Positions 18,804 through 33,700 of a stretch of 64,000 nucleotides of DNA are shown piece by piece. The notes under the pieces were generated by a model that saw only the letters and a list, made by a program, of their open reading frames with translations, did no database searches and was not told where the DNA came from. Where the stretch lies: the NCBI GenBank assembly GCA_963704165.1, contig CAVPHD010000005.1, forward strand, positions 96,001 through 160,000, written 5' to 3'. The stretch's first letter is position 1. Each line of letters begins with the position of its first letter. The translations under genes were made by a program, and so were the position numbers. Origin of the DNA: an uncultured delta proteobacterium. Its GTDB lineage: Bacteria > Myxococcota_A > UBA9160 > SZUA-336.

Positions 18804-20135
18804 GTACTCGGCAGGCGCGCGACGCGGTCTGGGTGCTCACGATCGGCGACGAGCTCCTGCGGGGCGAGATCGTCGACTCCAACAAGTCGCACCTCTCGGA
18901 GCGCATGCTGGCGCTCGACCTCGAGACCGCGCGCCACGTGAGCGTTCCCGACGACCCCGCGGCGATCGAAGAGGTCCTGCGCGAATCGGCGTCGCGCGCG
19001 CGCGTGGTGCTCGTCTCGGGCGGGCTCGGGCCGACGCGGGACGACATCTCCACCGAGGTCGCCGCGCGAACCTTCGGACGAAAGCTCTACCGCGACGCAA
19101 GCCGCGCTCGAGCAGATTCGCGTGTTCTTCCGGCGCTTCAATCGCGAGATGGCCGAGAACAACGCGAAGCAGGCCGACTTCCCCGAGGGCGCCGTCGTGC
19201 TCCCGAACCCGCTCGGCACCGCGCCGGGGTTCATGCTCGAAGTGCCCGATGCCGCGAGCGGCGAGCTCACGCAGCTGTTCTTCATGCCCGGTGTGCCGCG
19301 CGAGCTCTACCGAATGCTCGACGAGGAAGTCGTGCCGCGCATCGGCGCGCGACTCGGCCGGGGTCGAGTGGTCCGCGCGCGCCTTCTGCGCACGTTCGGG
19401 ATCGGTGAATCGAATCTCGACCGCATCCTTCACGATCTGGCGAGGAGCGATTCCGACGCCGTACTCGGCTTCCGCACGCAGTTCCCCGACAATCTCGTCC
19501 GCATCCTCGTGCGGGCAGGCGACGAGGCCGGCGCTCTGCGAAGACTCGACCAGATCGAGGCGGAGATCCGCGCGAGGCTCGGAGATCTCGTGCTCGGCGT
19601 CGGCGAGCGTGGGCTCGAGGCGATCGTCGCGGAGGTCCTGCTCGAGAAGAAGCTGACGATCGCCGTCGCCGAATCCCTCACGGGCGGGCTCGTGACGAGC
19701 CGGCTCACGGACGTGCCCGGGAGCTCCGCCTACCTTCTGGCGTCGTTCGTCACCTATGCCAACGATGCGAAGGTGCGCGAGCTCGGCGTGGATCCGGATG
19801 CAATCGCACAACACGGTGCAGTGTCGGAGGTCGTCGCGCGTCAGATGGCGGATGGGGCACGGCGCAGAGCCGGCGCCGATCTCGGCCTGGCCACGACCGG
19901 GGTCGCGGGTCCGGACGGTGGCTCGCCGGAGAAGCCCGTCGGAACGCTCTGGTTGGCCCTCGCCGACGCGAGCGGCACGATCGCGCAGCGCTATCAGCTG
20001 ATGACGGAGCGCCGCCACAACAAGGAGCTCGCGAGCCAGCTCGCGCTCGACTGGGTGCGCCGGCGCCTGCTCGGCCTTCCGATCACGGCGGACATGTTTC
20101 CGCGCCTTTCCGGCGCGGGGGCGAAGGGCGCGTGA
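18800..20135 (+). CDS. cinA: Competence/damage-inducible protein CinA (one frameshift near 19100)
   Basis: IGDELLRGEIVDSN and SGGLGPTRDD in frame 1; NPLGTAPG, PGVPRE, AESLTGG, GAVSE, TGVAGP in frame 2; removing one A at 19099-19100 joins them. Confidence 0.9.
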
Positions 20136-20731
20136 GCGATCTGCTGCGCACGTTCTTCGCGATCGATCTCCCCGCCGACGCGCGCGCGCGCGCTGCCGAG
20201 GCGACCGGGCGCCTGCAGGCGGTGGCGCCCCGGGGCGTGCGCTGGATGACCCTCGACAGCCTCCACCTGACGCTGAAGTTCCTCGGCGAGATCCCCGAGG
20301 AAGGCATTCCTCGTCTGATCGCGCGAGCGCACGCGAAGCTGGCGATGGAGCCCACCTTCGAGGTCGAGCTCGCGGGTTTCGGTGCGTTTCCGAACGGGCG
20401 CGAAGCGCGAACCGTCTGGCTCGGAGTCCGCCAGGGCGCATCGGCGCTCGCACGGCTCGCGCGAAAGCTCGACGCCGCGGCCCGCGTCGTGGGCGCAGAG
20501 CGCGAGCGCCGGCCCTTCGAGCCGCATCTCACGCTCGGGCGCACGCGCGATCCGCTCCGAATCGACCTCGAGCGCGCCGCCGCGACGGAACCTGTCGCCT
20601 GGACGGTTTCCGAAGTCATACTCTACGAGAGCCGCCTGCCTGCCGGCGGCGCTCGGTTCGTTCCCCTGGCGCGTTTCCCGCTCGGAGCGGGGATCGACGC
20701 TGATTTCGCCGAATTCGCCCCAGAGACGTAG
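20132..20731 (+). CDS. thpR: RNA 2',3'-cyclic phosphodiesterase
   Basis: RTFFAI, two 2H motifs LHLTLKFLG and PHLTLGR. Confidence 0.93.
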   Translation: MSDLLRTFFAIDLPADARARAAEATGRLQAVAPRGVRWMTLDSLHLTLKFLGEIPEEGIPRLIARAHAKLAMEPTFEVELAGFGAFPNGREARTVWLGVRQGASALARLARKLDAAARVVGAERERRPFEPHLTLGRTRDPLRIDLERAAATEPVAWTVSEVILYESRLPAGGARFVPLARFPLGAGIDADFAEFAPET

Positions 20732-20740
20732 GAGAGAACG

Positions 20741-21811
<1,071 letters not shown>

Positions 21812-21901
21812 GTTCCGGAGAGCCCTCAAGAACGGAACCGGCCGAGACGATCCACCCGCAAGTACCGCTTGCAACCATGCGAGCGTCGAGGCTTGGCGGG
21901 A

Positions 21902-23074
21902 ATGGAACTCAACGACATCTTGACGATCGCGATCAAGGGCTTGGCTTCGGACATCCATCTGAAGGCCGGCCTGCCGCCGCTCTTCCGCGTCGATGGAGCT
22001 CTGGTTCCGCTGAAGAACGGCGAGCGGCTGACGCCGGAGCAGCTGCACGGCATCGCGTCCTCGATCATGACACCGGGCCAGAAGGCCCATTTCGACAAGC
22101 ACCACGAAGTCGATCTCGCCTACTCGATCGCCGGTCTGGGCCGGTTCCGCGTGAACGCGTTCATGCAGCGCGGCACGGTCGGGATCGTCTTTCGCGTGAT
22201 CCCGTTCGGCGTGAAGACGATCGAGCAGCTCGTCATGCCCAAGGTCGTCGAGCGGGTCGCGATGGAACCCCGCGGGCTGGTGCTCGTGACCGGCACGACC
22301 GGATCCGGAAAGTCGACCACGCTCGCCGCCATGATCGACTACATCAACACGAACCGGACCTGCCACATCATCACGATCGAGGACCCGATCGAGTTCCTGA
22401 TCCGCGACAAGCGCTCGATCGTGAACCAGCGCGAGATCGGCGTGGACACCAACAGCTTCGCAACCGCGCTGCGCGCTGCGCTTCGTCAGGATCCGGACGT
22501 GATCCTGGTCGGCGAGATGCGCGACTTCGAGACGATCGAGACCGCGCTCATGGCGGCCGAGACCGGGCACCTGGTCATGTCGACGCTGCACACGATCGAC
22601 GCCGCCGAGACCATCACGCGCATCGTCTCGGTGTTTCCGCCGCATCAGCAGCCGCAGATCCGGCTACAGCTCGCGAGCATCATCAAGGGCGTGATCAGCC
22701 AGCGGCTGGTACCCCGGGCGGACGGCAAGGGCCGCGTTCCCGCCGTCGAGATCCTGGTCGCATCGGCGCGCGTGCGCGAGTGCATCGCCGACCCCGAGAT
22801 GACCAAGGAGCTGAACGACGCGATCGCCAAGGGTTTCACCACCTACGGCATGCAGAGCTTCGACCAGTCGCTGATGCAACACGTGAAGGCGGGGCGTGTC
22901 TCGTACGAAGAGGCCCTGCAGCACGTGTCCAACGCCGACGACTTCGCGCTGCGTTTCAAGGGCATCTCCGGCACCTCCGACAGCTCCTGGGACGATTTCG
23001 ACAAGGAGCAGGCCGAGAAGTCGATCGAGCTCAACGAGCAAGCCGACGACGACCTGAAGCTCGACCGCTTCTGA
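21902..23074 (+). CDS. pilT: PilT/PilU family type IV pilus retraction ATPase paralogue
   Basis: [62 protein letters not shown]. Confidence 0.92.
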   Translation: MELNDILTIAIKGLASDIHLKAGLPPLFRVDGALVPLKNGERLTPEQLHGIASSIMTPGQKAHFDKHHEVDLAYSIAGLGRFRVNAFMQRGTVGIVFRVIPFGVKTIEQLVMPKVVERVAMEPRGLVLVTGTTGSGKSTTLAAMIDYINTNRTCHIITIEDPIEFLIRDKRSIVNQREIGVDTNSFATALRAALRQDPDVILVGEMRDFETIETALMAAETGHLVMSTLHTIDAAETITRIVSVFPPHQQPQIRLQLASIIKGVISQRLVPRADGKGRVPAVEILVASARVRECIADPEMTKELNDAIAKGFTTYGMQSFDQSLMQHVKAGRVSYEEALQHVSNADDFALRFKGISGTSDSSWDDFDKEQAEKSIELNEQADDDLKLDRF

Positions 23075-23127
23075 TCCGCGGCTGACGCCGCCCGACAGCC
23101 CTGCCCCTCGAAGGCGGCGCTGATACC

Positions 23128-25770
<2,643 letters not shown>

Positions 25771-25876
25771 CCCCCCGCATTCGCATCGGATCTGCCCTTC
25801 GGGCCAGCGCCACGTGGGTACGGGATTCGCCACTTCCTGTAGAGTGCGGCTTCGCCGTGGCCCACAGGGAGTAGCG

Positions 25877-27781
25877 ATGAGCGTGCGCAGCAAGGCTCGG
25901 ACGCTTGCGATCCTACTCGCCGTTCTGGCGCTTCCGATGCAGGGTCGCGCCAGCTTCGACCCGACCGATCCCCCGGCGGGTGCGCACACGCAGACCGAGG
26001 GCCCGCGGTACTGGGTCGGCGAGATCGAGGTCCGCTACGCCGAAGATCACCCGCTGCATCCACCGGTCGATCTCGTCCGCTCGGGACAGTACGCGCTCGG
26101 TCAGACCTCGGACGGATTCGTCGGCGCGCGCCGGGGCGGGGACAACTACTGGTTCGTGATGAGCGATCTCGGCATCGAGGGCGCGGAGCCCGTCTACGCG
26201 ACCGGTGTGCGGGATCTCTGCGAGCAGATCGTGGGCGAACTCGGCCAACGGGGACTGATCGGCGTCTACGTCGCGCCCGACCCCGCGCAGATCGATCCCG
26301 ATACCGGTGCGGATCTGCGCGGCGACGACACCCTCCTCAGCCTCGTCATCCACACCGGGCGGGTGCGCGCCGTGCGCACGTTCACTGCGGGCCAGGCCGC
26401 CGCACCCGGCGCGGCGGCGATCGCGAGCGAGTCCCCAGGCTACGAGCAGATTGCCGAGCGCTCTCCGCTGCAGCCGGTCGGCGCGGGCGATCCGCTCGCG
26501 AAGCCGAAGCTCGATGCCTACGTCGCGACCTTGAACCGCCTGCCGGGCCGCGTCGTCGATGTGGTGATCACGCCGACGCTGACGCCGGGCGTCGTCAATC
26601 TCGACTACCTCGTCTCCGAGGACAAACCGTGGACGATCTCGAGCTCGATTTCCAACACGGGCACGCAACAGACCGGCTATTCACGTCAGCGCTTCAGCTA
26701 CGCGAACTACCAGCTCACCGGTCGCGACGACGTGCTCTTGCTCGATTACCTCACCGGGAACTTCGACGAGGTCAATGCGGTGTTGGGCTCGTACGAGACG
26801 AGCCTGCCGTTTTCGTACGACCTGCGCGCGCGCGCGACCGGGTCCTTCAGCGAGTACGCCGCCGATCAGTTCGGCCAGAACGACGCGTTCACGGGTGAGC
26901 AGTACGAGATCGGCGGCACGCTGATCGCGAGCCTGGTTCGACGGCCGGGGCTCTTCCTCGACACGAGCCTCGGCGCGCGCTGGATGCAGATCGACGTCAC
27001 GAACTTCAGCACCGACGCGAGCATGCCGTTCTTCGTGCCCGAGCTCGCCCTCGCGCTCGAGCGCGTACGCTCGACGTCGCGGGTGATCGGGCGCCTGGGC
27101 CTCGAGCAGAGCGTCCCGGCCATCGCCGGAACGAACTCGAACGACATCGACGAGTTCTCCCAAGCGGGTCGCAGCGACGTCGACGAGAGCTGGCGCCTGA
27201 TCTCGCTCGACGTGCGCGGCTCGTTCTTTCTGCGGCCGTGGCTGCGAAGCGTGCCGGTCCGCGCCGGACGCGCGCTTCGCCCGCGCGAGCTCGTGCACGA
27301 GCTCGCATGGCGGCTCGGCGGTCAGTACTCGCTCGGCACGCGTCTGATCCCACAGGTCGAAGGCGTGCTCGGTGGTCCGGGAACCGTGCGCGGCTATCCG
27401 CAGGCGATCGCTTCGGGCGACTCGCTGCTCGGCGGAAGCGTCGAGTACCGCTTCCACCTGCCCCTCGCGCTGAGCGCCGTCGTGCCCTGGGATCTGCCGC
27501 TGATCGGCGAGTTCCGTCCGGCGCCCGACTCCTTCCAGCGCCTGCCGGACTGGGACTTCGTGATCGCGACGTTCTTCGACTACGGCCGGACCTGGAACGA
27601 GAACGCGGTTCCCGGCGAGGAGGACGCGACGCTGGCCTCGCTCGGCCTGGGCCTCGAGGTGGTGGTGCGACAGAACTTCTCCGTACGTTTCGACTACGGA
27701 TTCGCACTCAGCGACGTGGATTCGGCGGACGTCGAGTCGGGCCATACCGAGGCGAACTTCGCAGCGACGGTGCGGTACTAG
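25877..27781 (+). CDS. ShlB/FhaC/HecB family two-partner secretion transporter (TpsB)
   Basis: Signal peptide, POTRA-like region (LNRLPG), NTG..TG motif, loop-6 VRGYP, FFDYG, terminal aromatic strand ATVRY; GGGAG RBS. Confidence 0.88.
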   Translation: MSVRSKARTLAILLAVLALPMQGRASFDPTDPPAGAHTQTEGPRYWVGEIEVRYAEDHPLHPPVDLVRSGQYALGQTSDGFVGARRGGDNYWFVMSDLGIEGAEPVYATGVRDLCEQIVGELGQRGLIGVYVAPDPAQIDPDTGADLRGDDTLLSLVIHTGRVRAVRTFTAGQAAAPGAAAIASESPGYEQIAERSPLQPVGAGDPLAKPKLDAYVATLNRLPGRVVDVVITPTLTPGVVNLDYLVSEDKPWTISSSISNTGTQQTGYSRQRFSYANYQLTGRDDVLLLDYLTGNFDEVNAVLGSYETSLPFSYDLRARATGSFSEYAADQFGQNDAFTGEQYEIGGTLIASLVRRPGLFLDTSLGARWMQIDVTNFSTDASMPFFVPELALALERVRSTSRVIGRLGLEQSVPAIAGTNSNDIDEFSQAGRSDVDESWRLISLDVRGSFFLRPWLRSVPVRAGRALRPRELVHELAWRLGGQYSLGTRLIPQVEGVLGGPGTVRGYPQAIASGDSLLGGSVEYRFHLPLALSAVVPWDLPLIGEFRPAPDSFQRLPDWDFVIATFFDYGRTWNENAVPGEEDATLASLGLGLEVVVRQNFSVRFDYGFALSDVDSADVESGHTEANFAATVRY

Positions 27782-27784
27782 AAC

Positions 27785-30700
27785 ATGAAGAACTCATCGA
27801 GATTCCTCGGACTCTTCGCGCGCGACGCGCTGATCTCCACCCTGGTCGCGGCGATCGCGCTCGGACCGGCCGCGACGCCGGCTTTTGCCGGACCGCAGGG
27901 CGAGCGGGTCCGACGCGGCGACGTGAGCTTCGATCACGTCGAGGGCAGCTCGAGCTGGGTGATTCACGCATCCGACGGCAGCGTCATCGAGTACGACAGC
28001 CTCGACATCGCGATCGGCGAGGCCGTGCAGTTCATGCAGACGCGCAACGGCGAGCTCAACGCGGACGCGCGCGTGCTGAACCGGATCCTCGGCTCCGCGC
28101 CGACGCAGATCCGCGGCTCGCTCACCGGCAACGGCCACATCTACATCGTGAACCCCGCCGGCGTGTACTTCCACGACGGTGCGACGGTGAACGCGAACGC
28201 GATCCACGCCGCGGGCGGTCACTTGTCGGACACCGACTTCGAGGCCGGCGTCGATCACTACACGGGCGTGACGGGAAACATCGAGAACGCCACCGAAATC
28301 CTCGCGCGGGCCGTCAGCCTGGTCGGCGCGGAAGTCGTGAACTCCGGGAGCGTCATCGCGGAGGACGGTTGGATCGTGATCGCCGCGGGGAACGACGTGA
28401 TCATCGGCCGCGAAGACGCCGCATCGGGCGGGCGCGGCTTTCTGCTTCGGGTCGAGGGCGCGTCGGGATCCGTCTTCGACGCGGCCGCGACCGGGGTGAC
28501 GAACACCGGCACGCTCGACGCGAGCGCGGGCGCAGGCGGCACCGTGCGCATCGGCGCGGGTGATCTCTACGGCACGGCGATCTTCAGCAGCGACGCCATT
28601 CGCGCTCGCGAGATCGCGCTCGCAGCCGGGAATCGCGGCGACGTCGCCCTCGCGGGCGAGGTGAGTGCCGAGAAGCTCGACGTCTCCTTCACCGGATCCA
28701 CGGCGACGGGTGCGCTGCGGACGGCCGGAGCCGCGAACGAGACCGTGACCGTGCGCGCCGACGAGCTGAAACTCTCGGCGACCGGAAACTCGAGCGCGCA
28801 GATTCGCGTCGGCGACGAGTTCGCGTTCCGAAGCAAGGATGACGCTGCGCTGGGCCCGGACAGCGTGGCGCTCGAGCAGACCGCCACGATCGCGAGCTCC
28901 GCACTCGGCGCGCTCGACATCGGCACGGCTGCCGCGGGCACTCCGCGGAGCTTCGCGCTGCGCTCGACCGCTGGTGACGTGGTCATCGACGACAAGACCG
29001 TCGTCGCCGGCAGTCACCTCGCGCTCGCCGGTGCCCTCGCCGACATCCGCGGCACCGACGCGCTCGACGTGGCGTCGCTCGCGGTCACGGGCGCCACGCC
29101 CCTGTCCGGCGGCGATGCGACCTCGGAAGGGGATCTGGTCGCGAGCGCGGGGGGCATCTCCGTGACCGGAAACCTCCAGCTCGTCACGAAGCCGACCGCG
29201 AACAATGCACCCGCGATCGAGATGCTCGTCTCCGCGCACGACGGGACGCTCGACGTCGATGGAAACCTGAGCACCAGCGCCGGGGGTCCGCTGCGCATCG
29301 AGGCGCGCAACGTCGATGTCGGATCGACGACCGAGGTCGGTCAGGCCGTGGGCGGAGCGATCAGGACGAGCGGCGACGTGACGATCGGCTTCACGGATTC
29401 CGGCGGTGCGCAGCAGACGCAGACCGTGAAGGCGCGGACGATCGACACGCGCGGCGCGAGCGGCGTGCAGGGCGGCAATGTCGGCGTGGCCGCGATCGGC
29501 GACGTGGCGATCGGCTCGGTCGCGACCAACGGCGGCGCGGCGAGGTCGGCCTCGCAGCCGAACTTCGACGGCGGCTCGGTCAGCTTGCGAACCGACGGGA
29601 AGCTCGCGGTCGGAGCGATCACGACCGGCGGCGCGGGTACCGCGGGCCGCGCCGCGATCGACCTCGCAGGCGGCACGGTGGTGCTCACCGGTGCCCTCGA
29701 CGCGACGGGCGGCCAGGTCGGAAACGCCGACCACGCGCGCGACCGTGCGGTGAGCATCGAGGCGGACGAGATCCGACTCGGGGCGGGCGCGGTGACCGTC
29801 GCCGGCAGCGATGTCGATCTCGGTGGCGCGATTCGCGGCATCGACGTGGTTCCAGCGACGGATCCGCCGACCACGCTTCGTTCCGATCTCGCGATTCGTG
29901 CGAGCGGAGCTACGCGCCTGCACTCGACCGCAGACGTGCGTTCGCTCTCGATCGCGAGCGCGGGAACATCCGTCGTGCTCGGCGGCGACGTCACGGCCGA
30001 CACCACGGTCGCGATCGCGTTCGACACCGCCGGTCTCGGCACGATCTCGAACGCCGGAGCTCCCGTCACCGTCAGCGCGAACCGCGTCGAGCTCGCGGCA
30101 TCGAACTCGAGCGCTTCGAATGGCCGCAGCGCACAGGTCGCTCTCGGCGATGGCATCGACTTCGAGCTCGCCCCGATCGCCGCCACCGAAGACACTGCGG
30201 AGAAGGTCGCCGCTCTCGTGCTCGACCAGGACGGTGCGATCGACAGCACCACCGTATCGCGACTTGCGGACGCGGCTCGGCCCGACACGGACCCCGTCCC
30301 CGACCTCAGGCTCGAGCTCCGCTCGAACGACGCGGTCACGCTCGATGCCACCGCGCGCGCGGACGTGAGCGGCACGGACCTGCTGATCGACTCGAGGAGC
30401 TTCTCGGCGACGGGCGCGACGCAGGCGGCGAGCGACTTCGAGCTCTCCTCATTGGATCTGTCGACGCAGGACGCGCTCGACGTCGATTTCGGCGTCACCG
30501 CCGAGAGCGTGCGTCTCGCGGGCGGCAGCAGCGGAGTGGGTGATCTCACGCTCGGCTCCGAGCTTCGCGCGGACACGATCGCGCTCGTCGCCGGCGACGA
30601 CACGGGCGGCGGCGGTGACGACGCTCGAGTGGTGATCGATCCGAGCGCGAGCCTGCGCAGTCTGTCGAGCCCGAGCGCTCGCCCGACCCGCGTCGATCTG

Positions 30701-33700
30701 ATCCAGGACGCCGCGCTCGACAGCGCCGATCTGCCGGACATCGACGTGTTCGGGGGTAGCGTCGCAGGACTCGACTACCGGCTCGAATCGCGCGACGCCG
30801 CAATCACGCTCTCCGAGGGAACTTCGGCGAAGTTCGCCGGCAGCGCCCTCGATCTCCGAGGTCGGACGGGCGTGAACCTGGGCAGCGAAGAGCTCTCGCT
30901 CACGTCGCTCACGGCCGAGACGCCAGCGGGACTCGTCGTCACTCAGCGCATCGAGGCTACCGGTCCCGACGGAAAGATCCGGCTGCGTGCGGGATCGGAC
31001 GGAACAGGCAACCTCGACATCGGCGCGCGCCTCGCGGCGAACACGATCGAGCTGATCGCGGGTTCGGGAAACGGCACCGACGCCACATCGCGCATCGTGC
31101 TACAGGGCGGTGCTCGCTTCTCGGCCGCCAGCGGAGACGCGCGACCGGACGAATTCAGCTTCGAGCAGGATGCAGCGATCGGCACCTCGACCAGCTCGGG
31201 GAGCGGGACCGCGCTTCCGGATCTCGCGGTCTTCGGCGGCAGCATCGACGGGATGGCCTACGCGCTGCGGTCGAAGGGGGCGGGCGTGCGCATCGACGAC
31301 GCGTCGGCTGTGAACGGCGCGAGGCTCACCCTCGAAGCGGATACCGGGATCGACATCAATGCCGATCTCTCCGTCAGCGCGCTGGACCTCGCGAGCGACG
31401 CGACGCTCTCCGGCAACATCGCGAGCACCGGCGACGTGACTTCCCGGGGCCGGCTCACGCTCGATGGAGCCGGGGATCACGCGGACCAGAGCGTCTCGGC
31501 CGGTGTCGGCATTCTCAGCGCGTCGGGTGCGATCACCAAGTCCGGTGCGGGTGCGGTCTCGCTGAGCGGTCGCCAGGTCACGGTTGCGTCCGTCACGACG
31601 GGTCGAACCGGTGACTCGCTCACGATCAGCGCCGAAGAGAGCGTCACGGCGGGGATCCTCGACGCTTCGGGCACGACCGGGTCCGCCGGCGGCGACGTCA
31701 GCGTCCACGCGGGCTCCGGTGCGACTCCGGGGGCCGTCACGATCGCGAGCATCACCACTCGCGGCGGGAGCGGTCCGGTATCGACGACGGCACCCGAGGA
31801 TGGAGGCGACGGTGGCAACGTTGCCGTGATCGGCTCGGCCATCGCGATCGGCAGCGTGAACAGCAGCGGCGGCGCCGCGAGCGCGATCGCGACGCGCGAG
31901 AGCGATACCGATCCCGAGATCAGTCGGCAGGGCGGGGATGCGGGCACGATCGACTTGACCGCAGGCGAGATCACCCTGAATGGAAACCTCGACGCGCGTG
32001 GCGGTTCGGGCGCGTCCAATGTACCCGAGCTCGTCGCGGGTCTCTCCGGCGGCGAAGCCGACGTCCGCGTGCATGGATCGGTTCTGCTCGCAGCGAACTC
32101 GGCAACGGGCGGGGCGAACTCGATCTACGGCGACCACGTGGTCGTGGACGGTGCAGTGAGTCGTGCGGCCGTGCGGGGCGCGGGCGAGACCGCTCTCGTC
32201 GTCGTCGCGAAGAGCGCGCTCGCATTCGGCGGCAACCTGTCGGCCGACCGGATCGACCTCGAGCTCGCGACCGGCGATCTCGACCTGGCGGCGACGGGAT
32301 CGAGCCAGATCTCGGCGAACACCATTCGCCTCGCCGCGACCGACGGAAACGGCGGCAGCGTCACGAGCGAGGTGATTCTGACCGGACTTCTGCTCGAGAA
32401 CGAAGCGGGTACCGCGACGCCGAGCTCCCTGACGATCGAGCAGGACCGCTCGATCGGAAGCGGCGGTTCGCCCCTGCCCGAGATGGGCGGCACAGACCGC
32501 GCGATCGCGTTGATCTCCCACGACGGGGCGATCGCGATCCAGGCCGCGGACGTGGCGCCGGGCACGAAGCTGACGCTCGCGGCAAACGGCGTCGCGGGTA
32601 CGACGGGCCCCGCGGTCCACGTCGCCGGAGATCTCGACGTCGCCGGGCTCACGATCGGAGCCGTGAGCTCGAACGGTGATCGCGTCGATGGTGACGCGTT
32701 CGTCGCCGGTGATCTCGCCGTGGGCGGCACGGGGTTCCTCTCCCATGCAGATCTCGTCGATGTCAGTGGCGGCGCGGCGATCGACGGTCCCGCGAGGTTC
32801 GCCGGCGAGGGCGATCAGGTGCTGCGCGTCGGTGCGGGCGAGACACTCGCGCTCGGGGGGCTACTCACGTCCAAGAGCACCGCCGGCAAGCTCACGCTCG
32901 ATGCCGATACGATCCGACTCACGGCGCTCGAAAGTCAGACGATCGAGAATCAGGCTGGTCAGCTCGAGATCGGATCGGCGAACCTGGCCGGGATCGTGAA
33001 GGGCGACTTCGACGGCTCGGGGAATCCGGTCCGAGCCGCCTCGCCGGCCGGTCTCACGTTGCGCGGATCGGCGGAGGCCGGTCAGGGTCCCGCGGTCAGG
33101 GTCAACGGCACGCGCGAGATCGACGGTGATCCGCTCGCCGACGGCCGGGACTACGCAATCGCGGTAGCCGACGGCGATTTGACCATCGACGCGCGCCTGA
33201 TCGAAACCGACACCACCCCGGAGGGTGCATTCGCGACGTGGTCGCTCGACGGTGACGTGCTCGCATTCGGCGACGTCACGCTGCTCGGCCGCGGCGAACT
33301 CGAAGCCGGTCGCGAGGACTACGTCCTCACCGCTCGACGCGCGGGTGACACACCTTCGACGTCGCGCGGCGGAGAGCTCCGGGTCATGGGAGTCGCGGCG
33401 ACGGACGGTAATCTCGTGCTTCGCGCCGAGGGCGACCCGCCGAGCGAGCTGCGGCCGAATCCGACCGCGCTCCGCATCGGTGGTGAATTCGACGTCGCGC
33501 ACGACCTGACGCTCGAGGGTACGACGGAAACCGCGTCCGACGCGGTCTTCCGCGTGGGCGGGGACGTGGTCTTCGAATCGCAGGTTCGCGGGCGCGGTGG
33601 TCTCTCGATCGTGAGCGGCGGAGTCACCGATTTCCGCGACGACGTCGCGCTCGACGGGTCCGCTCTGTCGGCCGCCGCCCGGGGTGGGATTCAGTTCGGC

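Noticed and set aside
25816..25830. GGGTACG-GGAT-TCGC as a sigma-54 promoter for tpsBA
   Set aside because: GG-N10-GC spacing holds but both flanks deviate; expected by chance in GC-rich DNA, with little room for an enhancer
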